From the NCBI RefSeq assembly GCF_006345805.1, contig NC_043000.1:54188001-54252000 (forward strand): a stretch of DNA of 64,000 nucleotides. The letters are read 5' to 3'. The notes under the pieces are model-generated. The model saw nothing but the letters and a program-made list of their open reading frames with translations. It did not search any database and was not told the DNA's origin. Position numbers and translations under genes: made by a program. Source of the stretch: Octopus sinensis (lineage: Eukaryota). Shown here one piece after another: positions 27,615 to 38,339 of this stretch. The stretch's first letter is position 1. Each line of letters opens with the position of its first letter.

Positions 27615-27919
27615 ATATAACGGGAAAGTTTACGAAAATAAACAAAAGACGAAGGCAGGTGGAGTACAAACAAACAAATGTATTAGTATAGCGCTCAGGA
27701 ATAGGAATAGAAAAAGTTTTTTACGTTTCAAGCCTACGCTCTTCGACAAAAAGATACACAGAAAAAAAGAAGGAGAGTATCTTTCTGTCGAAGAGCGTAG
27801 GCTCGAAACGTAAAATACTTTTTCTATTTCTATTCCTGAGCGCTATACTAATACATTTGTTTGTTTGTACTCCACCTGCCTTCGTCTTTTGTTTATTTTC
27901 GTAAACTTTCCCGTTATAT
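27615..27919. mobile_element. Inner palindrome: two inverted copies of a Penelope-LTR-like unit
   Basis: Arms 27615-27757 and 27777-27919 (143 bp each, 4 mismatches by manual alignment), 19-nt loop. Confidence 0.85.
27785..27812 (+). ncRNA. Minimal type I hammerhead ribozyme-like motif (variant core)
   Basis: CUGUCGA-A-GAGC(GUAG)GCUC-GAAAC-GUA. Stem II is perfect, stem III is an ACGU palindrome ending in GUA, and stem I is weak (AGTATCTTT / AAATACT). The core deviates from CUGANGA at A6. Mirror copy on the minus strand at 27722-27749. Confidence 0.5.
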
Positions 27920-28369
27920 ATCACGCACTCACGTGGTCTCACTTTGATCCTATATTCTACCACTACCTACTCTTACCTTTCCTCGACGGACACTACCTCT
28001 CCATTGGATTTTTTTTACCTCTAAGGACACCTACCCTCTGGCTGCACCTCTCCTACACGGATCAAAGTGACTTTGTTATTGATTCTAAATATAACTCAAT
28101 GAGGAGAAAAAATTGATAAAAAGGAAAGAAGTAAAGAAGAAAGGGAAAATGAAAAAAAAACGAAAAAAGAAAAGAAATAGGAAGAAAGCAAAAAGACTTT
28201 CAGTGATGACCAAACCACACCTGTTTTTTTACTTTTTTAAGTGGTCACCATTCTTAAACCCATTCCAATACAATGATAAAAGAAAAATAATTAAATAAAT
28301 GAATGAATGGGGAATAGGAAGGTAGATACCCCCCTCTCTCTTTTCCTCTACTCATGTCTGTCTATCTGA

Positions 28370-28401
<32 letters not shown>

Positions 28402-28468
28402 ATATATATATATATATATATCCATCTATCCATCTATATACCTATCTATCTATCTATCTATCTATCTA

Positions 28469-28512
<44 letters not shown>

Positions 28513-28684
28513 GTATCTATCTGTCTGTCTGTCTATCTATCAGCCTATTTACCTATATTTCTATCACCCAAATACACACAATGTTCTCTTCTAAACAAAA
28601 CCCAGAAAGAACATGTTTTATATAAATGAACAAGATGTTTATGATAATGAAGAGATAAAAGGATTTTTTCCAAAATTCTGACGA

Positions 28685-28721
<37 letters not shown>

Positions 28722-29212
28722 GTATATATATATGCATGTATGTATGTATGTATGTATGTATGTAATCGACCCAGGCAACACTAAGAAACTAAATTTCCGC
28801 AAAATGTGATTGCGTATGAAAGACGTGAAGTTCCAGAATTATTATCATGAGATATCAATGGTATTCAATTTATTTCAATTCATTTCCTCATTTATTTCAA
28901 CATGACTAAATCGTTTATTTAAACGATTGAGACCAGCCGGCATCATTTAAAATTAACCATACTAAGCATCATTAACTGGAGTAAAATGAAATAAAATGAA
29001 TCTGTTGAAAAATCCCATCCCTTTCGGTGAAGCCTTATCATACGTTTGTGACCTTATCTTTTGTCAGTTGGAGGGATTTTTCAAGAGCTTTATTTTATTT
29101 CCTTTTAGTTCACTTAATTATCCTATGTGTGTACTTTTTAGCATAGTATTTTATACTACAACAAACTGCAATGTTCAGGGTAGCAATATTCGGAAATTCG
29201 TGTGAGTCAGCA

Positions 29213-30059
29213 CGAGGGGGTACCCAAAAGAAACCGGAATTTTGCAATTTTATTTTATTCATTTAGTTTTACATATTTACTGTTTTATCGCCTTCAAAGT
29301 ATTCTCCATTTCAAGCAATGCATCGGTCCAGACGCGTTTTCCACTGTTCGAAATAATGCAGGAACTCTTGCGATGTGGTACCTTTTAACTCCTGCGTCAT
29401 TTTTTTAATTCATTTCTTCCACATCTGCCAATTCCGTAGCACCAGCTTTGGTCACCAGTGATGACCTTCCAATAAAGGTCCGGATCAACTTCCAGCAGTA
29501 GATTCAGTCGTGACTGCTTCTGATCTTCCCTGAGCGAATGAGACTCAAATTTTGCTGCAACACTTTTCATTCGTAATTCCTTGTTCAGAATTCGTTGAGA
29601 GGAGCTCCAGGACACAAAAATCATATTAACAAGTTTACCAATTGTTCAGTGATTGTCCGCCAAGATCGGTTTATGAATATTTTCATTCGTCCGGAAGGTC
29701 GACGATCGCCCTGAACGAGATTGGTCTTCAACCGATATGTTAACATTCCTAAAGAGTGAAAACCATTCGTAAACTTGTGATTTGCTCATGGCAGCGTCCT
29801 TGTAAGCTGTTTAAAGAATGTTTCGGCCGCCGTTTTCTCCAGCAGAAAACAGAATCTCACGGAAGCACGCTGTTTCTTCGTTTCCGCCATCGCAAAAATC
29901 GACGGACTGGGGAGAAGTACTGCAAGATAAGACGCACCACACTGCAGCACAACACCATATAACGTCGGTCGGCAAGCCAATGCCTAAGAGTTGCGTCAAG
30001 TGGCTAAAATGGTCTTATCCCACTGAGAACGTTTCCGGTTACTTTTGGGTACCCCCTTG
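29213..30059 (-). mobile_element. Internally deleted mariner element with both TIRs
   Basis: TIRs CGAGGGGGTACCCAAAAGAAACCGGAA (from 29213) and TTCCGGTTACTTTTGGGTACCCCCTTG (to 30059). TA on the right, CA on the left. Minus strand encodes MAETKKQRASVRFCFLLEKTAAETF, KVITGDQSWCYG and a C-terminal FEQWKTRLDRCIA*NGEYFEGD. Confidence 0.93.
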
Positions 30060-32292
30060 TATCTAGATATAGATTTGAGAGAAAAGACTAGGAGATAAAT
30101 CAAAATAACCCAGCTCCCAAAGTAGAAATGAATATGAGAACACGGCGTCATCGAATCGATGATAATAATTGAGTAAGTCTTTAACTTACGGTCTGTGAAT
30201 TTATAAACAGGCAGTTCATTCGATAATGAAATGGGAAAACAACGTACAACGTTATTCTTTAAAACAGAGAAAACTTGATATTAAATGCATGCCGCATGAA
30301 AGCTGAGGATGACCATGAGGATTATAAAGATTTTGGAAACATATAATGTTAAATTGAGTTGTGATATTGCACGCGATAGTGAGACATACAGTCTATACCT
30401 TTGAAGCCGTTCTTTAAAGTCTCTAAGCACAACTTATGCATGCACTCATGTAAACATCGATATATCTCAAATATCAAATTTCTAGGAGGAAGAAAGTAGC
30501 AAAAATCAATGGAATGAGAGAAGTAAAAAAGAGAAGTAAGAACACCAGGCATTAAAGTTTAAATGCCTGAATCTTGAAACACAAAAGCATACTTTAATAA
30601 ATGTATTAGCACTAATAAAGCTGATCAAGTTGGTACAAAGAGTAGTGTTTCCAAGTGATTTCGTACATAGGCTCGTTAATTTTGTTCCTATACAATATGT
30701 ATACTAATGCAGCCGGTGTCATATTTTCTCTCTTCTCAACTCTGGCAACAAGCTAACTATCAGAATACATTACGATTCATCGCGTACAACTACCTGTAAA
30801 TATATGGCTATGTCCTCATATGAGAAATCTATATTGAAGAGAAGAGAAGAATATAGCGTTGTAGGAGAAACACTAGATTGCCAAGTGAACTATTCACAGC
30901 ATTACGTATTTTTCCGTAACGTCATGGTTTTGAGTTCCAATGAAGTTTAATTTCCCTTTTATCTATATCTATTATTAAAATAAAGACATCACATATGCTA
31001 AAATAGATGCAAGCTATTTATCCTTTCCCCAAAGAGATATCTCCTTACAAACGTAAGCAATATTTGTTAGTGCGTAGTTCTTCATATAAACATAACTACA
31101 ACTTCATGAATGCTTGGAGTAATGCTTTCAAATATGTTTAAAATACCTGTTAAAATAAGCTTAAGGGATAATAGGGTCATATGGATTCACTGAAATGTCC
31201 ATAGATTCGAAAATTCTCTATAATAAAGCAAGTGAAAATAAACCAATGAAAGATTCTCCAAAGCCAGAAAGAGTGTCTATCCGGGTAAGGAAGCTGTATG
31301 CAAGCATTCGTTTAACTTGTTTGAAATAGTAGCTAAATTTCTTTTGAATAAAAATCTTTTGCTTCAAACAGGGATGGAAGCATATATCTACATATACGTC
31401 TGTAACAAAAGTGGACTGTTTACACCCGAAAATGATTAATCAAACGACTAGTACTGGCTACTACCAAAGGAAATAATTAGGTGTGACTAATATTATCACC
31501 AGCTTTATAATTCAAGTCAAATAGTTGAGTAAAAACAAACACCAGGTAGCTACGGTATAGATGATGAGAGTGACATTTTCTGTGTAAATATTGCAGAAAA
31601 TACACATTATTCTATTCATTGGTCTCCCTGGACTTGTTTTATTTAATAACAAATCTCTGAGGTTGAATATATTGATATAAAATTGTAATGACACTGTTGT
31701 TAAGAAATTAATAACTGAAGTTTTCGTTGACATTTGTTTTGGAATTCAATTAAATTCAATTGCAATATATTAATTAGTTTAAAAATTATTGTTTGCTGTT
31801 GACTGATTCCACATACTTGACACATTATCGATGACACAAGAAGAGAGAGGTGGGAAGAAGGAGAAAGGTTTGCGATTGAATGTTTGACAGAGAGAAAAGT
31901 AAGCAAAGCGTTCACACATATATAAGCACACCCCCACATGTATGCCTGAAAGTATACATAGACTGCACTAACAAAGGAGTTTTTCTTGGTGATCTCTCAT
32001 CCTGCTGTAAATAGTAGGAAAAGTCCAGTGACATCAAAACTTATATATGCTAACTAATAGAGAAGCAAGTCCGTGAAGAGCTGAATTTCGAGCCAATCTT
32101 AACTGATGAAGCAACGGAAATTGACGAAAATGACGTCAGTATTAAAAATTCTCGATCGGCATCTTTCGGACAATTAATGTCCCTGTTAGTGTATATGTTA
32201 ACATATATGTGCGTTGACTACAGCATTAAACTTTTATCAATGTATGTGTTTCTAACACCCAAGTCAATTTACTGACAATCATATACATATAC

Positions 32293-32323
<31 letters not shown>

Positions 32324-33318
32324 GATATATATATGTGTATTCAGACACACACAAGCACACACACACACACACACACACATACACACACACATACTGACAC
32401 TGAGACTGAGATAAAGGCAGATGTAACTTCGCTATCTACGATTTGTCCTATCTAGAGCAGCGAAATATCGACCTTATACATTTGAGGAGAAAAAGAACAA
32501 AAAAATCACCTGAAGCAATAATTGTTACAATCGAAAATCGTGACCGAGATTTTACTTCAGATCCAAAGTTGCTTGCCAAATACATATATTTTACAAATAT
32601 ATACATCTATATCTATATTTCTGTCAATAATGTGTTTCTTATATATTTACGTTTGTCTTTCTTCTATATTTCTCTCGTTTCTTTCCCTCTGGGTAAACTA
32701 CATTTAACCTCTTTGTAAATGTATATGTATGAATGTTTGTATTTGTATTTCTATGTAATTGTGGATGCATGTTTGTATGCATGTATGCATGTTTTCACGC
32801 ATGCATAAATCTATGTATACATGTATACATGAGTGCATGTATGTTTGCGTATATGCATAAATCTGTGTATGCGTATATGTATGTGTCCATGTGTGTAAAC
32901 TTGTATATGTGTGCATAAATGTATGCATGCATGTATGTATGGACGAATACATATACTTACCCATGAATACATATACACATTCAGAAACTGATAAATACTT
33001 AAAATGTAACAGATGATATCTAATAAGTATTTTGAAAATTCCACTTGTTTGCAATACGACACGTATTTCTATGCGTACAATTTTGGCATCATAGTGTAAA
33101 GAAGGCAAACGTATTATACCACAACTGTTCTTTCACAGGGAACAGAAAACAATGCATTATTTTTGACCAGATTCTAGTCTTCTCAGACTAAAAGAGGAGT
33201 ATGTTGAATTAGTCAGTCGCTTTGCAAATTAATGCAAGAGTTAGCAATCTAGATTAGTTAACTCCCAGTACACTACACAATATTTGAGTAATTGGAAATG
33301 TAAGCTGTACTTCTTTAA

Positions 33319-33549
33319 GGCGGCGAGCTGGCAGAAACGTTAGCACGCCGGGCGAAATGCTTAGCGGTATTTCGTCTGCCGTTACGTTCTGAGTTCAAAT
33401 TCCGCCGAGGTCGACTCTGCCTTTCATCATTTCGAGGTCGATAAATTAAGTACCAGTTACGCACTGGGATCGATGTAATCGACTTAATCCCTTTGTCTGT
33501 CCTTGTTTTCCCCCTCTATGCTTAACCTCTTGTGGTCAATAATGAAATA
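33319..33549 (+). mobile_element. tRNA-derived SINE family B with a perfect 25-bp TSD
   Basis: Head GGCGGCGAGCTGGCAGAAACGTTAG...GAGTTCAAATTCCGCC. GGAAATGTAAGCTGTACTTCTTTAA occurs at 33294-33318 and 33550-33574. Confidence 0.95.
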
Positions 33550-33880
33550 GGAAATGTAAGCTGTACTTCTTTAAACAAACATTCGACTTTGATTTCGTTG
33601 CAAAACGTATAAGATTTCGTTACGTCATTGGTGTTATTCTGTGTGCAGAAAAGTGGGACCAAATGTATCCGTATCTCCATCCAGTCTTCTAGGTAAAGCT
33701 TTCAGAAAAATATACCTATCTTAAATGTTGATGCTTAACCCAAGTCAGCCCTTATGAGGCTCTTTTTGTAGCAATGTCTATCATCGTATTAGCGACATCT
33801 ACGATTAAATTATCGAAATGTATCGTTTACCTCTCTTAGAAGAACAGGTATAATTTGAAGGAGGTTGGCTACTACATCTA

Positions 33881-34085
33881 CCGGGTGCAACATAAATATC
33901 CACTCATTATTCATATTTTCACAAAATAAAAAGTTTTAAATGTCGGTTAGTTAAAGATCACATGTTGCTTGTTGTATTTATTGGCAATATTTTACATATA
34001 TTCACAATTCAAAATAGCCTTCGCTTCAATCTGTAGAGCGCTTAATCTTTTCATAAATGAAGCGCATGATTTAATAATATTCAAT
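33881..34085 (-). mobile_element. Tc1/mariner 3' end remnant
   Basis: Minus strand IIKSCASFMKRL..IEA.GYF (resembles 'I.RAC.SF.KRL.AVIEAEGGYFE'), followed by a TIR-like end TA|CCGGGTGCAACATAAA at 33879-33896. Confidence 0.5.
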
Positions 34086-35944
34086 TAATGAGTAAATGTA
34101 TATGCCGCACACGATAGTTGGACGAGCAACCGCATAGAAGTTCCATCGGTGGTTTGATATATAGGTCGTAAAGGGCTACGCTGCACACAAACTAAGGATC
34201 TACATTGTTTTTCACCGATGAGAATTCAGTTGTTCAATCAAGGGAGCTTACTACTCAACGAATTAGTGTGTAAACAGTCGAATATTTCACAAATACTTTT
34301 ATGGTTAACGTAATAGGATCAGTGTCCCACCTATGAATTACTGGTACAATCTACCCGATGGATTTTCCTTCGGTTTCTATTAATCGAATTCCACTCACAA
34401 GTCTTAGATGAACTTCAACGATGGTGAAAGGTATTTCCTAAATATGTTATTCAGTGAAATCATACTCAGAATCTCATGATTCCGGAGAGAACTTCACAGT
34501 TAAACTAATTAATCTAATTTCGATATCAGTGCCTTCACTGACAACGTCGATTAATAAAATTTATTCATAGTGAAGTACGCGTTTTGCTTTAATATTCTGA
34601 TAAATAAAGTAAACCTACTTTTTTTCAGTAATCATATCATGATAGCCTTGCTGTACCTAAAGAAAGTAATTGCATCACACATTTTATCTTTTTATAGGCA
34701 AAAGAATCCGGTGTTGATCTACCTAGATTCTAATCACTTTAAAACTTCATCACAAAAACAATATCAATCTTCTGTTGACGGCAAATGTAGCAGTTTCTTT
34801 AGAGAATATACCGTTCTAGTTTGTATGCTCCATTAAATGAGAACACAAGCTAGGACTAAGTTAAAGTAGTCTATCCTACAAGTAGTCGATTTTAGCTCAC
34901 CAGGCAAACGACGAGATACGCAGATACGCGCTACTAGTTGATTTAACAAGGTTTACTTACTTCATTCCCAGCGCACATCATCACAATTTTAGGCCCATTG
35001 TGAAATACTTATAGAATTTTTATTTCTCTGTATGTAAAAAAAAAATTAGGTATCATTTCAAAGGTTTCTAGTCTGGTTTGGCATTCATAACAAAATCACT
35101 ACATATCGTCTGTCCACAGGATTTATACAGAATATTACATTATATACAGCCTCAAACTTAGTTAAAATGGTTAGACAATATTGCAACACAACGCATGCAC
35201 TGAGAATATGATACTTCCATGAAGTTCGCAAATATACTAGCACTTTTGTTGAACTGAACTTTTTAAAAAGCGTCTATGAAAGTTGGACCACGAACACTAG
35301 TGATATAAACTTACGTTCAGCTTTTGTGATACATCCACTATGGCAGACAAAAATCTATTGTATATTTCCAGTTCTTCTTTATATATGAAATTTCTATACA
35401 GAGTAAAATAACCTGTGAGATATTGATCTATTTAGAGTAGACATTATCAACATAAGTTTAAGTCGATCAGTTGAGAAGTAAAACTAAATAATATACTCAT
35501 TTCTCTAGGGAAAGCATAAATTTACACTACGTCGTTACTGCACGCTAGTAGAAGTATGTTTATATTTTGGAGAAAATAAAATCTTCATAATAGGAAGTTA
35601 TGTTCAACTGATCTATTAACTTACTGCTAGACTACTTTCACTGCCCGTTTAATTTAATGTTTCTATCTTCGACGCATGAAAGGACAAACAAACAATTTTG
35701 CCAAGATTTTATGCATAAGGAATCTTATGTTTGTGCACTAGCAAAATCGTTAGAGTCTCAAAGGAAATGCAGCAGAGTGTTAGTTCTAGATCTAGTTCAA
35801 ATCTTTCTGAGTTCAACTTAGTCTAGAAATCCCAACCACCAACCTTGTGTTAAATATGGTTCTGAAATTTCGTACTAAACAACTAGCACATGATTTACTT
35901 AGAGTGATCAAATGTTTGTACTGTACATTAGTTCACTCCGTCTG

Positions 35945-36084
35945 TCAGGTACACTGCCAGTAAAAGTACACTGTGTGCCACATGGTTGATATCGAAAAGT
36001 CATTGCAGAGCAGCGGGAAATTAAACGATTTGCTCAAGAACACAACGCACCACTTGCTCCGAGAAGCGAAACCTTGCTCTTGCG
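35945..36084 (-). mobile_element. 3' part of a family C SINE split by the hAT insertion
   Basis: Minus strand CAAGGTTTCGCTTCTCGG...GTTGTGTTCTTGAGCAAA continues the head found at 38185-38240 and matches 52667-52770. Confidence 0.7.
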
Positions 36085-38184
36085 CAAGGGCCCGGGAACT
36101 GGGGGTGCAGCGGGTGCACCTGCACCCCCTAGAATTTTCAGGGGGGAGCAAGATCAAAATTTACACCCCCTACTTATGTAGCTTCAGAAAAAAGTGTCTA
36201 AAATATGTCTGTATAAAATGCTTAAGTTCGCTCTCGTTTCAAAACAAAAAATAAATAAATAAATAAATAAAAGTGATAAAGCTGGCATAAAATTCCCTAG
36301 GGAGTTTATGACCACTAACTTCTGAAGAAAAGTAGTGTCAAAATACAAAAATAAGTTACAATGACAACAGTAGCAGCAACAATAACAACAACAAAACCAG
36401 CATGTATGGTTAATTTTGAATATATAGCATTACTTGAATTATTGATTGGGGCCCCGGGTGACCTTAGTAATCGGCTGGGATTTTCCCCAATGACTAGCGG
36501 TGTCATATGAAATTGTCACCCATAATCATGACCCTAGTATTGCATTTCAATCTGTTTTAGGGTTAGGGTTAGGGGTGGGGGAAGGGTATTTTTTTTCTTC
36601 AGAAATGTAAATAAACCCAATATGTTTCTTAAACGAGGGACATATTCATACGGCACAGAATGTTTTCACCTCAATAGACGTATTTGATTGGTTGACATTG
36701 CAGAAATTGAAAACAAAACAACAAATATCTTTAAAACTATAGAATTTTCTCGATAAAGCCATGAGAAAATGATGTTTTATAAACACATTCTACCAGTATA
36801 CGAAGTTTAAAATTTTTTAGTTACCTAGAAATTATGTTAAAAACTGCAGTTCAAACCGAAACGATGCCTTCTTTTTTCTTTCTTGTGTCTGTCCTTTTTA
36901 ATCATCTGCCATGTTGTAATCCACAGAAATTCAAAATCTTACTCTATCTAACTCTTTATGCCTGTGTATGTATATACATATAATATGTGTTCATATTCAG
37001 CGGTCAACATTTGGCCGATATTGTCTTAATTTTCTATCCTGATCCTCTCGGTTTCCTTCCCCTCTTGTTTGCAAAATATTCTCTATCTATTTCTAATTGT
37101 CTTTCTCTTCACATATCTGCTTCTTTTCTCTTTTTACTCATCTTCATTTCTTCCTCTTATTATCACTGTCAACTATATCCTGTCTACCTTTATTTCCTTG
37201 TCTCCACACTCCCTCTTTCTTCGTAATTGTTCTTTCTTCACCAATTTTCTCTGCCACATGACTATCCAATATTTTTAACACTCCTTAAATTTGGTTAGCC
37301 AAGACGTTTTTTTCAATCCGCTGTTTACCTTATCATTTCACTTTTGATTCTTTTTTTTACCTCATATCCTAGTACCTCTCGAATACATGCACCAAGATTT
37401 TTCCTTCTTTTTTTTTATTTTTTGTCATGGAATATCTTATATTTGCAATTTGTATTTTTACTGCTTACGTTTGCTTAACTTGTATATCTCTGAAATAAAG
37501 CATATTTTAACCTACAAAATATAGGTACTATTTAAGAAGTGTGGTCCTGGTACGCGCACTCGCTTACTCGCGCATCCGCGCTAGCTAGTCGTGACTAGTC
37601 TATCCTACAAGTAGTCGATTTTAGCTCACCAGGCAAACGACGAAATACGCGGATGCGCGCTACTAGTTGATTTTAACACAGAGGTAAACAACGAGACGCA
37701 CGGACGTGCGCTACTTGCTGTAAATGGAGCGGGGTTAACCATGTAATACAAAATGAAAATTATAGATAAAATAAATATAAAAGTGAAAAATAATCATTGA
37801 ATACTGAAAAAAACATTTATCTCCCCTAACCCTTAATAAAATATGGGAAAAGCTGGAGATGAATGCTTTGAAAACATTCTGAACTATTTTTCAGAATGGT
37901 TTACTTTTCAATGAAATATCATTTTGTTATTTTTCATGTTTTTATTCAATTTATCTGCAATTTTCTTCTTGTATTAGATGGATAACCCACCCTCCATTTA
38001 CAGCAAGTAGCGCGCGTCTCGTTTTTTACCTGTGTGCTAAAATCGACTAATTACGACTAACGCGCTCGCATTTGCAAATGTTTGACATGCACACTCCCAG
38101 AACCCGGATCCACACTTCTTCAGTTGTGCCAAATTTTGGAACTGAGTTTGCACCCCCTAAGAAAATGTTTTTCCCGGGCCACTG
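36085..38184. mobile_element. Non-autonomous hAT-superfamily DNA transposon, 2100 bp
   Basis: TIRs CAAGGGCCCGGGAA / TTCCCGGGCCACTG (12/14). Perfect 8-bp TSD CTCTTGCG at 36077-36084 and 38185-38192. Subterminal GCACCCCCT repeats at both ends. No transposase recognised inside. Confidence 0.88.
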
Positions 38185-38240
38185 CTCTTGCGATTGTGAG
38201 AAAAATACACTACCCACTAGTCCATGCAGCATTGCCTCTG
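38185..38240 (-). mobile_element. 5' tRNA-like head of the split family C SINE
   Basis: Minus strand GCATGGACTAGTGGGTAGTGTATTTTTCTCACAATCGCAAGAG resembles ACATGGCTTAGTGGGTAGGGTGTTGAACTCATGATC at 52670. Confidence 0.65.
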
Positions 38241-38339
38241 TAAAAGAAATCATAACTAGTGCATTGGTTAACTGAATACAGCATCACTGATCAGATTTCA
38301 CTAAATTAAAATATGAATTTTTTAAATATGTATATGTAT

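Larger units (their letters stand above)
27120..28660. repeat. Large imperfect fold-back (outer arms ~27130-27583 and ~28100-28655)
   Basis: Inverted matches such as CTTGTTCATTTATATAAAAC / GTTTTATATAAATGAACAAG, (GATA)n / (TATC)n, and ACAGGTGTGGTTTGGTCATCACTGAAAGAC / GACTTTCAGTGATGACCAAACCACACCTGT. Confidence 0.9.

Noticed and set aside
37596-37735. Repeat units considered as a CRISPR-like array
   Set aside because: Tandem diverged units without unique spacers, in a eukaryotic TE context with no cas genes.
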